A stretch of 64,000 nt of DNA from an uncultured virus (IMG/VR IMGVR_UViG_3300037295_000360) (taxonomy: Duplodnaviria > Heunggongvirae > Uroviricota > Caudoviricetes). Every line of letters begins with the position of its first letter. Position 1 is the stretch's first letter. This document shows, one piece after another, positions 9,324 to 18,840 of the stretch. The notes under the pieces are model-generated. The model was not told the origin of the DNA, searched no databases, and was given only the letters and a program-made list of their open reading frames with translations. A program made the translations under genes and the position numbers. The stretch spans positions 62,001 to 126,000 of IMG/VR virus record IMGVR_UViG_3300037295_000360; one strand, 5' to 3'.

Positions 9324-10460
9324 ATGGCACAAATTAGGTCTAAGCAAATTGCAGACTTTTTAGCAACGGTAAACTGGGCAACGGTAACCGAAAATAAAAT
9401 AGCAGGAGCCGTAGCTACTAAGGCGTATATCGACTCAGTTACGGGTCAAATTACTGGAAATATTAACGCATCCATAGATTCATTAGAAGTTGCGCTTTCT
9501 ACTGAAATAAACTCAACAAATTCCGATGTTACTCGAATTGATGGTTCTATTTCAGCCGAAATAACTAGAGCAACTTCAAGTGAGCTTTCTATAACTAATA
9601 GGTTAACTACGGAAATTAATAGAGCTACTTCGGTAGAATCTAATCTGTCAGCAAATATTAACACTGAAAAATCGAGAATTGATGCGATTTTGACAGCATC
9701 TGACGCCGATAAAGACTCTTTTGTTGAAATAGTTTCGTTAATTAACGCAGTAGATACGACAAATGATGGCGCACTAGCCGTAGTAGTTGGTAACTTAAAC
9801 GCTGAAATTGCAGCTACAAATTCAGATGTAACTTCAATAAATACTAGAGCAAATGCGCTCGCAGCGTCCTTAAGTTCCGAAATTGTATCTACTAATAATG
9901 ATGTAACTTCAATTGATACTAGGGCAACTGCACTTGCAGCGTCCTTAAGTTCAGAAATTGTATCTACTAATAATGATGTAACTTCAATCGATGCTAGAGC
10001 AACTGCTCTCGCAGCTGCCTTAAGTTCGGAAATAGTAGCTACCAATAGCGATGTAACTTCAATAAATACTAGAGCAACCTTATTAACATCAGCTTTAAGT
10101 TCTGAAATTTCATCTACCAATTCTGACTTTGTAAGAGTCGAGGCGGTTGTATCGGTACAGGACTCTATTGAAAAGGCAAGAGCTATCGCAGCCGAAACAT
10201 CAATAACCACGAAAGTAACTTCAATTGAAAGTGCTCTTATGCAGGACTTTGAAATGTTTGAAGAAACATTTACTGGAACGATATCTTTGACATATTCTCT
10301 TATAAATCCAGTACAGGACAATAACAAGTATTTGGCTCAAGCGTATGTGAATGGTATTAAAACGTCGATAGCCTCTGTGAGTGGAACCTCGGTTGTTATC
10401 GCAAATCCAGGATATGCAATAGACGCGAACGATGTTGTTGTGATTACTTATCAATTTTAA
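9324..10460 (+). CDS. Fibre-like coiled-coil virion protein
   Basis: ATKAYID fibre motif, DSFVEIV motif, 25-aa tandem repeats, C-terminal YVNG...DVVVITY module. Confidence 0.7.
   Translation: MAQIRSKQIADFLATVNWATVTENKIAGAVATKAYIDSVTGQITGNINASIDSLEVALSTEINSTNSDVTRIDGSISAEITRATSSELSITNRLTTEINRATSVESNLSANINTEKSRIDAILTASDADKDSFVEIVSLINAVDTTNDGALAVVVGNLNAEIAATNSDVTSINTRANALAASLSSEIVSTNNDVTSIDTRATALAASLSSEIVSTNNDVTSIDARATALAAALSSEIVATNSDVTSINTRATLLTSALSSEISSTNSDFVRVEAVVSVQDSIEKARAIAAETSITTKVTSIESALMQDFEMFEETFTGTISLTYSLINPVQDNNKYLAQAYVNGIKTSIASVSGTSVVIANPGYAIDANDVVVITYQF
9819..10118 (+). repeat. Four 75-bp coding tandem repeats
   Basis: N(S/N)DVTSI(N/D)(T/A)RA...LSSEI(V/S)(S/A)T units starting at 9819, 9894, 9969 and 10044. 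Confidence 0.9.
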
Positions 10461-10478
10461 TTTTCAGCAAATAGTATT

Positions 10479-10505
10479 AAAAGGACCTTTTTAGGTCCTT
10501 TTTTT
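10479..10505 (+). terminator. Intrinsic terminator
   Basis: AAAAGGACCT-TTTT-AGGTCCTTTTTTT. Confidence 0.85.
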
Positions 10506-10539
10506 ATGTAATATATACAGTATAAAAATTAATGCTTAT

Positions 10540-11742
10540 ATGAAAATAGGAATAACTATAGGACTTTCACAAGAAAACGAATCATTATGGATTAATGGGA
10601 TAAAACTCAATGCATTATATCTAGCGCACACCCTATTACAAATCAAAGGCAACGACGTTTGGATATTAGACACATCGAACATTGTACAGGATCTATCGAA
10701 GGTAACTTGGGATACTAACATATTTAAGACTTATAAATATAAGGACAAATGGAAAGAATTAGACTTATTGATAACACTTGGAACCTCATTACCTGAAATA
10801 TATACTGCAGCTCTTAGAAAAAATAATCCAAATGCAAGGGTCGTAAAGTACCAATGTGGTAACAATTATGTAATAGACATGGAAAGAGTTTTATTTGGAG
10901 AAAGTGATGCACCTGGATTACCCGCATGGGATAAAGGTCATGACGAAACATGGATAATTCCACAGCAAGAACTACATAATAAAGAATATTTTGAATTAAT
11001 ATATAGACATGAACCTGGAAAGGTTAAGGTAGTTCCATTTATATGGGACCCTATGTTTATTGAAAAAAACAAAAAAATACTACAGTCACTTGGTAAAAAA
11101 ATACCAGAATATCAACCTCGTCCTATTTCTGAAAAGAAAATATCAGTAATGGAACCAAATTTAAACGTAGTAAAATACGCGTTAATACCGATTATGATTG
11201 TTGAATCATTTTATAGAAAATTCGGAGAAGGTTCATTTAAACAACTGTTTGTCGGAAGTGGTAATAGATTACTAAAAAACAAGTACTTTATGGGAATGTT
11301 AAAATTAATGGATATAGTTAATGCAAAAAGTCCATTAATAAAGTTTATTCCAAGATATCCGGTAACTACATTTCTTGCGGAGGAAACAGATATAGTGCTA
11401 GCTCATCAGTGGGGAAATCCATTAAATTATTCATATTTAGACGCGCTCTATTTTAATTATCCAGTAGTGCACAATGCTGATTTTATTAAAGATGCTGGAT
11501 ATTATTACAAGGACTTTGAAATTTCAGGAGGAATGAAACAACTAGACATTGCTATAAATAAACATGATTCTCAAATTAAAGAATATAAAGAAAAAAGTGA
11601 TAAAGTTTTAAATAGATACATATCGACAAATCCCGAAATAATCAAAACATATGAAATGTTAATAAGAAATCTCTGGGAGCCAGATTTACACAAACACAAA
11701 AAGACATATAAGTATAATTGGAAAACTAACCTATATAAATAA
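10540..11742 (+). CDS. DUF2827-like putative glycosyltransferase
   Basis: MKIGIT...SLWINGIKLN, VMEPNLNVVK, HQWGNPLNYSYLDALYFNYPVVHN. Confidence 0.7.
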   Translation: MKIGITIGLSQENESLWINGIKLNALYLAHTLLQIKGNDVWILDTSNIVQDLSKVTWDTNIFKTYKYKDKWKELDLLITLGTSLPEIYTAALRKNNPNARVVKYQCGNNYVIDMERVLFGESDAPGLPAWDKGHDETWIIPQQELHNKEYFELIYRHEPGKVKVVPFIWDPMFIEKNKKILQSLGKKIPEYQPRPISEKKISVMEPNLNVVKYALIPIMIVESFYRKFGEGSFKQLFVGSGNRLLKNKYFMGMLKLMDIVNAKSPLIKFIPRYPVTTFLAEETDIVLAHQWGNPLNYSYLDALYFNYPVVHNADFIKDAGYYYKDFEISGGMKQLDIAINKHDSQIKEYKEKSDKVLNRYISTNPEIIKTYEMLIRNLWEPDLHKHKKTYKYNWKTNLYK

Positions 11743-11786
11743 AATATATAATACTACAATCATTATTAAAAAGTAAGTAAACACAT

Positions 11787-14360
11787 ATGCCTCCACTAAT
11801 TAAAATCAAACAAATAGATGGGCTAGAGGAAGCGTTATCTACTATTGGAAATCAAGGATACCAAGGAAATCAGGGTATTATAGGCGCTCAAGGGCTAGTT
11901 GGACCTCAAGGATTAATTGGAAATCAAGGATTACTAGGTTTTCAAGGATTTATTGGACAACAGGGATTAGTTGGACCTCAAGGATTAGTTGGACCTCAAG
12001 GATCAGTTGGACCTCAAGGATTACTAGGTTTTCAAGGATTTATTGGACAACAGGGATTAGTTGGACCTCAAGGATTAGTTGGAAATCAAGGATCAGTTGG
12101 ACCTCAAGGATTAATTGGGTTTCAAGGATTAGTTGGACAACAGGGATTAGTTGGGTTTCAAGGATTTATTGGAGATCAGGGATTAATTGGACCTCAAGGA
12201 TTAGTTGGACCTCAAGGTTTTAAAGGAGATCAGGGATTAATTGGTTTTCAAGGATTAGTTGGACAACAGGGATTAGTTGGGTTTCAAGGATTTATTGGAG
12301 ATCAGGGATTAATTGGACCTCAAGGATTAGTTGGACCTCAAGGATTAGTTGGACAACAGGGATTTATTGGTTTTCAAGGTGCAGTTGGACCACCAACTAC
12401 CACTGCAACTGACAGTAGTAAATTACCATTATCAGGTGGTACTTTATCGGGTACAATTAAACGAACATCTTCTATTACCGGATTTCTCGAAGGCTCATAT
12501 GATAATGTCGGCGCTAATGGCGGTCATACTAATCCAATTTATACTATAGGTAGTAACTACAATCCTGCACTAACATCACTTAGCGACATGTACGGTATAG
12601 GGTATACTATTGGAGGTGGAGCTGGCGTAAGTGCTCAAGGAGCAGGTAGTGGTTGGGGAATGTATGTTGCAGCAGGCGGTAATTCAAGAATATTTTTAAG
12701 TGCATCATCAGGAAACATAGGTATTGCAGGAACATATTATGGGTCTGGCGGCGGATTAACTGGGAATGCGGGTTCATTAAGTATTGGCGGTAATGCTGCA
12801 AGAGCTTCAAGAGCAAATGGTAATTTTTACATTGATGATAATTTTGGTGTTGGTGTTGTAGGTCTCTATAATGCATCAAGATACCAAGGTGTGTTTGCGA
12901 TGGGTGATGCTTATAAACCTTCTGCTGATGGTACAAGTTTAAACAACAGTTATGGTATTGTTTGGACACATACAGATGTAGGTGGTCAATCAAAAACAGG
13001 ATTAGGTCATCAAATGCTAATTACTGAAGCTGGTGTAACTCAAACTGCAATAGGTAATGGTATATGGACGAGAGCAACTGTAACGGCAGGAACAGGAACA
13101 AATGGTGGATTTGAAAATGGAACGTATAATAATGGACACAATAATATTTGGCGATTTGGTAATGCTAAAGAATATGGTATAGGTTATTACCAGGCGTGGT
13201 CAGGAAATGTTGGTAATGTAAATCAAGATGCAATAGGATTTCATTTTGGTAATAGAGAAACACCTAGTTTCTGGGTTAGCCACAATGGGGATACAAGAGC
13301 TCGGTCATTTTCAGGAACATCATTTAATGGTTCTTTGAATGGTAATGCATCATACGCTACTGCTTTCCAGAGAAAATCTTTTACTGATGCAAACGCAGAA
13401 TTTAGTGCAACAGAAGCTGGCACTAAGAGATACTCAGGTGATAATCCGAATATTTCTAATGGTCCTGGTGGAACATGGTGGAACTATGAAACTCTTCGTC
13501 ACTCTGACGGAGGTAATTTATGGGGAACTCAAATAGCATGGGGATGGGAAGATAATGCTAATAAATTAGCAGTAAGGTGTGTGTCAGGCGGTACTTTCGG
13601 AGGATGGGCTTATTATCTTAATAGTTCAAACGTAGCAAGTTATGCATTGCCTATTGGTGGAGGAACTTTAACAGGTGCATTAACAGCACCTACGTTTAAT
13701 GGAGCATTGAATGGTAATGCAAATACTGCTAATAATATATCAGGAAACACCTTTATATTAGGAGGAGGTAGTGTTACTAATTCAGCTGCAATAGGCATGT
13801 ATTTGAATAATAATAATGATACAAATTACTGGATAGGAAAGTCTGCAGGTGCCTGGACACAACCTTTAGATGTTTCATTTTATACAGGAGTTAGATATAG
13901 CGCGTATCAAGGATATGGAGGACATGTTTTCTATACCGGAGGGTATAGGAACGTAGAAGCCTTCTCAGTAGGTAATGGAGATAACAATACACGAGTTAAT
14001 TACAATTTACTTGTTACTGGCTCAATTACAGCAAGTGGTGATATTACTGCATTTTCGGATATTAGAGTTAAAGAAAACATTAAAGTAATTCCAGATGCAA
14101 TTGAAAAGATTAAAGCGCTCCGGGGTGTTACATTTACAAGAAATGACAAAGATGATAAAATATCTCGATCATCTGGTGTTATTGCCCAGGAAGTTTTAAA
14201 GGTAATGCCAGAATTAGTTAAAGCAGACGTAACTGGAATGTACTCGGTTGCATATGGTAACATGGCGGGTCTTTTCATTGAAGCTATAAAGGAACAACAA
14301 TCACAAATAGATGAATTAAAGGAACTTGTAAGACTTCTTTTAAAAAATAAAGATAAATAA
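11787..14360 (+). CDS. Collagen-shaft tail fibre with C-terminal intramolecular chaperone (peptidase S74)
   Basis: 61 Gly-X-Y triplets, LPLSGGTLSG/LPIGGGTLTG fibre motifs, FSDIRVKENI...LRGVTF...GVIAQE autocleavage domain and terminal coiled coil. Confidence 0.9.
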   Translation: MPPLIKIKQIDGLEEALSTIGNQGYQGNQGIIGAQGLVGPQGLIGNQGLLGFQGFIGQQGLVGPQGLVGPQGSVGPQGLLGFQGFIGQQGLVGPQGLVGNQGSVGPQGLIGFQGLVGQQGLVGFQGFIGDQGLIGPQGLVGPQGFKGDQGLIGFQGLVGQQGLVGFQGFIGDQGLIGPQGLVGPQGLVGQQGFIGFQGAVGPPTTTATDSSKLPLSGGTLSGTIKRTSSITGFLEGSYDNVGANGGHTNPIYTIGSNYNPALTSLSDMYGIGYTIGGGAGVSAQGAGSGWGMYVAAGGNSRIFLSASSGNIGIAGTYYGSGGGLTGNAGSLSIGGNAARASRANGNFYIDDNFGVGVVGLYNASRYQGVFAMGDAYKPSADGTSLNNSYGIVWTHTDVGGQSKTGLGHQMLITEAGVTQTAIGNGIWTRATVTAGTGTNGGFENGTYNNGHNNIWRFGNAKEYGIGYYQAWSGNVGNVNQDAIGFHFGNRETPSFWVSHNGDTRARSFSGTSFNGSLNGNASYATAFQRKSFTDANAEFSATEAGTKRYSGDNPNISNGPGGTWWNYETLRHSDGGNLWGTQIAWGWEDNANKLAVRCVSGGTFGGWAYYLNSSNVASYALPIGGGTLTGALTAPTFNGALNGNANTANNISGNTFILGGGSVTNSAAIGMYLNNNNDTNYWIGKSAGAWTQPLDVSFYTGVRYSAYQGYGGHVFYTGGYRNVEAFSVGNGDNNTRVNYNLLVTGSITASGDITAFSDIRVKENIKVIPDAIEKIKALRGVTFTRNDKDDKISRSSGVIAQEVLKVMPELVKADVTGMYSVAYGNMAGLFIEAIKEQQSQIDELKELVRLLLKNKDK
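11847..12395 (+). repeat. Collagen-like 18-bp coding repeat (G-x-Q-G-hydrophobic-hydrophobic)
   Basis: 61 uninterrupted triplets from GNQ to GPP; DNA unit like GGACCTCAAGGATTAGTT. Confidence 0.95.
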
Positions 14361-14383
14361 TAAAAAATATAAAACAATAGAGT

Positions 14384-14860
14384 ATGGGACTTAGAATTAA
14401 TACACAAGTGGGAACATCTGATGGAATAACAAATGAGGCCTACATTAGAATTACAAATTATACTATATCAAAGACAGGGAATATGTCTCTTAATATTGAA
14501 ACTTTTTTAAATATAGAAAATTCAATAATGCCAGTGTATGGACAATATACCCCAGGGTCAATGACTTCAACCCGAAATAATCAGATCGGCGATACTTTAA
14601 CTTTATCTTTAACAAAGCAAATAGACAAGGAGGTATCTATTGAAAGAATGGTACCTACTGAAATCACATATACTGATGAGAATGGAAATATTGTTACCGA
14701 AATACGAGACATCTTAAAGACAGTAACTGAAACAATACAAGTTACTGTAGCTGATTTTTTACCTATAACAGAATCTGATATATTTACATTTGCATATGGT
14801 AAATTAAAGGAAAAGTTAGAATCAATTTTTGGAGTATCTAATATTGAAGACTTACTATAA
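14384..14860 (+). CDS. Hypothetical protein, possibly fibre-associated
   Basis: 158-aa ORF directly after the tail fibre. Confidence 0.6.
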   Translation: MGLRINTQVGTSDGITNEAYIRITNYTISKTGNMSLNIETFLNIENSIMPVYGQYTPGSMTSTRNNQIGDTLTLSLTKQIDKEVSIERMVPTEITYTDENGNIVTEIRDILKTVTETIQVTVADFLPITESDIFTFAYGKLKEKLESIFGVSNIEDLL

Positions 14861-14899
14861 ACAAGTCTACCATTGTTTATATAATAATAACAGCTATTT

Positions 14900-14924
14900 A
14901 AAGATCCTTTATCGGATCTTTTTT
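14900..14924 (+). terminator. Intrinsic terminator
   Basis: AAAGATCC-TTTATC-GGATCTTTTTT. Confidence 0.75.
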
Positions 14925-14973
14925 AGCGATATATAATAATATAATATAATAATAACTTTAACTAATAATTAGT

Positions 14974-15906
14974 ATGGCAAACATAATTAAACATGAGACT
15001 AATATGCCAGAAGTATACATGTATATTGACAGCATATCAGACCATTCCGACACGCTCCATGATATCCACGGATGGATCTGTTCAACTAAATACAATATTG
15101 AAGATATTTTAATAGATAAAAAATCTGTTTCACCTATATTTACTCCAAGGCAAGATGTGACGCTATATTACAATCCAACTGATTTAAATCCTGGTATTAA
15201 TTTTTATCTAAAAAAATCAAATGCATTTGATTCTATTCAATTAAAGGTAAAGGGGAAAAAGGAACTATTAGATATTGGCTCTATGGCAAAGTGGATCGCA
15301 TACCATTCTGGATTTAAATCTGAAGAAAAGGGATTAATTGTAGTAGATGATTTTTATTCAGACCCTGATTTTATACGTGAATGGGCAATCAAAGAAATAT
15401 ATTTTTCACCATCAAGTTATCATAAAGGAGAGAGGGCAACTGAAAGGTTTTCTATTATTGGTATGAAAGAAAAACTTGAAAAAATAATAGGTAAACCTAT
15501 TTATAATTGGAATGATGATAGTTACGCAAACGGAATATTTCAATTCTGCACAGCAGATCAGCCTATCGTTTATCATGTTGACAATCAAAATTATGCAGGT
15601 ATGGTATTTTTATCACCAGACGCTCCGGCTAATTCCGGAACTACATTTTATCGAAGTAAAGTAACTGGCGATTATTCCTTTGATAATGAAAAAAGAATGA
15701 CTGAAAGTTATGTAAATGCATTTAAGGGAAGTAATGCTGAAATGAATTTCTATGATGGAAGTCACTTTGAAAAAATTGATGAAATAGGAAACAAATATAA
15801 TCGATTAGTCCTGTTTGACGCTAAAAACATTCACGCTGCCACGCAATATTTTGGAGATAAAAAGGAAAACGCAAGACTATTTCACATGTTCTTTTTTGAC
15901 ATTTAA
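14974..15906 (+). CDS. 2OG-Fe(II) dioxygenase-like protein (DUF6445-like) with extra N-terminal domain
   Basis: IVVDDFYSDPD, HxD (YHVD), SGTTFY, NRLVLFD, distal His (NIHAA), 2OG-binding Arg (ARL). Confidence 0.75.
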   Translation: MANIIKHETNMPEVYMYIDSISDHSDTLHDIHGWICSTKYNIEDILIDKKSVSPIFTPRQDVTLYYNPTDLNPGINFYLKKSNAFDSIQLKVKGKKELLDIGSMAKWIAYHSGFKSEEKGLIVVDDFYSDPDFIREWAIKEIYFSPSSYHKGERATERFSIIGMKEKLEKIIGKPIYNWNDDSYANGIFQFCTADQPIVYHVDNQNYAGMVFLSPDAPANSGTTFYRSKVTGDYSFDNEKRMTESYVNAFKGSNAEMNFYDGSHFEKIDEIGNKYNRLVLFDAKNIHAATQYFGDKKENARLFHMFFFDI

Positions 15907-15922
15907 TTTAATAAAAAATACA

Positions 15923-17770
15923 ATGAATATTAGTATAATAACGAGATGTACACGGTTACATAATTTAAAAGAAGTTAAAAAATCAATATTTAATAATATA
16001 CCCGAAGATATTAACATTAAATGGCATGTCATGTTTGATGTAACATCACTTAAAGATATTGATGCTGAATTGCTATTTGACATCAAGGATAAAAATACAA
16101 TATATCATTTTGAAAGAGGAGATTCAGTGGGTATGTTATTTCCACAGTGTAGTAAATTAATAAAATCATTCACTGATACGTGGGTATATTTTATAGATGA
16201 CGATAACATATTACATCCTCAATTCTATAAAAATATATTTGAAATAAATCAACATCACCCATATCACAGTGTTTATGTATTTTCACAAAAGGTAGATAAA
16301 AGAGATCATAGCGGACTTACAAGTAGGATTGCTATTCCATCTGCTATGAAAGTTGGCTTAGTCGATTTAGCACAATATATTATACATTCAAATGTATATA
16401 ATAACAATGTGGAATACTCATTCGAACCTGATTATTGTGCAGATGGAATACTAATCGAAAAGTTATATAATGAAAAACCAGATATCTTCTTTTTTGTAAA
16501 AAAAGAATTGTGTTATTATAATGCTTTATCATTAAAACCATTGGCAAATGTTCCGAAGATAATATATATTGGAAAGGATATGCCAGTGCTCCGGTCTATT
16601 CAATATGTAAATTATGAGGCAGACAATTTAAATGTATTATATCTAAAAAATGACGACGATATTATATCTCAAATTGCTTCATTTAAACCAGATAGTATTG
16701 TAACTCGAGGAAATAGTTGGAAAGATTTCGAAAATCTATCTCAACTACCTTTACAATTTAGAAGAAAGTGGATTAATATGACGCATGAAAAAACAAACCA
16801 AGAAGTAGGAGAAGCTGCATACCAATGTGCCATGTTGTCAATGTTAGACATCAATGGATTAGAAGATGCGGATATGATATCTTATTTTACACCGATCTAT
16901 AATATTGGAAACAAATTATATAATACATATCAATCATTATTGAATCAGACATATTCTAATTGGGAATGGGTAATTGTCAATGATTCAACTGATGGGGGTA
17001 GGTCACTGAAAGTAGCTGAAAAGATCGCAAGTAAAGATCCTAGAGTTAAGGTATATGACTTTAGAGAAAAAAGCGGAGGGAATATTGGAGACGTTAAATG
17101 GAAATGTTGTACATTGGCAAAGGGATATCTTCTTGCAGAATTAGATCATGACGATTTATTGGTTCCATCATGTACTATGGATTTATTTAAGGCGTCGAAG
17201 AAACATCCCGAGGCCGGCTTCTTTTTTAATGATACCCTCGAGGTCAATGAACAATGGGAATCCCAAACGTATCCTGAAGGATTTGCACTTGGATATGGTA
17301 AATATAGATCTGAGGAATATAATGGAAATATTATGTCTATCGCAACTCAACATAATATTAATCCAAAAACAATTAGACATATAGTAGGGGTTCCAAATCA
17401 CGTAAGAGCATGGAGAAGATCGACATATTTTGAAATAGGAGGACATAACCGAAACTTAGCTATTGCCGATGATTATGAATTAGTAGTTAGAACCTTCTTG
17501 AAAACAATTACATGTAAGATACCTAAATTAGGATATATTCAATTTTTATATAGTAATTCAAATGGACAAAATACACATGATTTAGCGAGAGCAGATATTC
17601 AACGTAGAGTAGGAACCATATCATCATACTATAATGAACAAATTAATGATAGGTTTACTCATTTAGGGTTAAACGATTGGGCATATTCTGAAAATCCAAA
17701 CTCACCATTAAATACAGAATCTCGCTATGGAGCTGAAGAAATGGCTGCAAACATAATATATCAAGAATAG
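15923..17770 (+). CDS. Two-domain GT-A (family 2-like) glycosyltransferase
   Basis: First domain SIITRC...YFIDDDNILHP; second domain YFTPIYN...WEWVIVNDSTD...ELDHDDLL...ADDYEL. Start moved to ATG 15923. Confidence 0.88.
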   Translation: MNISIITRCTRLHNLKEVKKSIFNNIPEDINIKWHVMFDVTSLKDIDAELLFDIKDKNTIYHFERGDSVGMLFPQCSKLIKSFTDTWVYFIDDDNILHPQFYKNIFEINQHHPYHSVYVFSQKVDKRDHSGLTSRIAIPSAMKVGLVDLAQYIIHSNVYNNNVEYSFEPDYCADGILIEKLYNEKPDIFFFVKKELCYYNALSLKPLANVPKIIYIGKDMPVLRSIQYVNYEADNLNVLYLKNDDDIISQIASFKPDSIVTRGNSWKDFENLSQLPLQFRRKWINMTHEKTNQEVGEAAYQCAMLSMLDINGLEDADMISYFTPIYNIGNKLYNTYQSLLNQTYSNWEWVIVNDSTDGGRSLKVAEKIASKDPRVKVYDFREKSGGNIGDVKWKCCTLAKGYLLAELDHDDLLVPSCTMDLFKASKKHPEAGFFFNDTLEVNEQWESQTYPEGFALGYGKYRSEEYNGNIMSIATQHNINPKTIRHIVGVPNHVRAWRRSTYFEIGGHNRNLAIADDYELVVRTFLKTITCKIPKLGYIQFLYSNSNGQNTHDLARADIQRRVGTISSYYNEQINDRFTHLGLNDWAYSENPNSPLNTESRYGAEEMAANIIYQE

Positions 17771-17780
17771 TAATACTTAA

Positions 17781-17842
17781 TTTAACAAAACTTTAACACT
17801 CCATATTTTTTAATATGGAGTTTTTTGATTATATTTACATAT
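17781..17842 (+). promoter_or_regulatory. Promoter cassette, copy 1
   Basis: TTAACA at 17782 and 17793; TATATTTACATAT at 17830. Confidence 0.75.
17798..17826 (+). terminator. Intrinsic terminator inside the promoter spacer
   Basis: ACTCCATATT-TTTT-AATATGGAGT followed by a T run. Confidence 0.7.
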
Positions 17843-17871
17843 ACAAATTAAAACAACTAAACATATACAAT

Positions 17872-18120
17872 ATGGCAAAGAATTTAAAAGTACAGACTAT
17901 CAGCGTTCCAAACCCAAAAATAGGTGAAAAATATTATTTTAAATTTGCAGGAAGTCAATTCAATGGTCCTATTATTGAATTGGATGAACCATTAACGAAA
18001 ATATACGGTCATGCATGGTATTTGATGAGTGATGACAGTGAAAAACTAAATAAGCACGGCAAAAAAACAACATATCCAATATCAATTTATAACATTTTTA
18101 AAATCGATCAAAATGTATAA
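17872..18120 (+). CDS. Hypothetical protein
   Basis: Start moved to ATG 17872, because the track start (17815) lies within the terminator/promoter. Confidence 0.65.
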   Translation: MAKNLKVQTISVPNPKIGEKYYFKFAGSQFNGPIIELDEPLTKIYGHAWYLMSDDSEKLNKHGKKTTYPISIYNIFKIDQNV

Positions 18121-18838
18121 CATTCAAGAACTAAAGGCAATGATGTTTATTGATATTGAAACGGTATCAGAATATCATACATACAGAGAATTTATAGAAA
18201 AAAGACCCGGAGCAACTAAAATGTGGGAAAAAAAGGCAAATTTCTATAGAGACACTGAAAAATCATGTATTGATTTAAGGGATGATCAGATATACATTGA
18301 CAAGGCTGCTCTCAGCCCTGAATTTGCTAAAATTGTAACTATATCAATTGGTCATATTCAATTTGATGAAAACGAAATGCCAAACATGACAAGGATTAAA
18401 ACATTCAGCGGACATGATGAATCGATATTATTAACTGAATTCATGGGTACTGCTCAATCTATATTTAATAAAATTCCTAATGTAAAATTTGCAGGTCATA
18501 ATATAAAAAACTTTGACTTTCCTTTTTTACTTAAAAGAGCTATTATCAACAATGTGTTAACTCCATCTCAATTTCACCTACAAAAAAAGAAGCCATGGGA
18601 AAACTGTCTAGTAGATAGTTATGAGATTTGGAAATTTGCAGGTTGGAATAGTGCTTCACTTGATTTAATATGTGAGTGTCTTCAAATTCCTTCACCTAAA
18701 TCGGAAATGAGAGGAGATGAAACTACATTTGAATATTGGAATGGAAGCCTAGAAAAAATAGCAACATATTGCGAGTCTGACGTTAAATCGACTATAAATG
18801 TTTTTTTAAAAATGTCATACTTACCTATAATTGCATAA
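18113..18838 (+). CDS. PolB-like 3'-5' exonuclease (DEDDy)
   Basis: ExoI FIDIET, ExoII GHNIKNFDFPFL, ExoIII YCESDV. Confidence 0.9.
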   Translation: MYNIQELKAMMFIDIETVSEYHTYREFIEKRPGATKMWEKKANFYRDTEKSCIDLRDDQIYIDKAALSPEFAKIVTISIGHIQFDENEMPNMTRIKTFSGHDESILLTEFMGTAQSIFNKIPNVKFAGHNIKNFDFPFLLKRAIINNVLTPSQFHLQKKKPWENCLVDSYEIWKFAGWNSASLDLICECLQIPSPKSEMRGDETTFEYWNGSLEKIATYCESDVKSTINVFLKMSYLPIIA

Positions 18839-18840
18839 CT

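Noticed and set aside
9446..10327. 293-aa minus-strand ORF and the other minus-strand or nested ORFs in the track
   Set aside because: They are antisense or alternate-frame shadows of credible + strand genes, with no recognisable motifs.
9819..12395. CRISPR array
   Set aside because: The repeats are contiguous, in-frame coding units without unique spacers; no cas genes seen.
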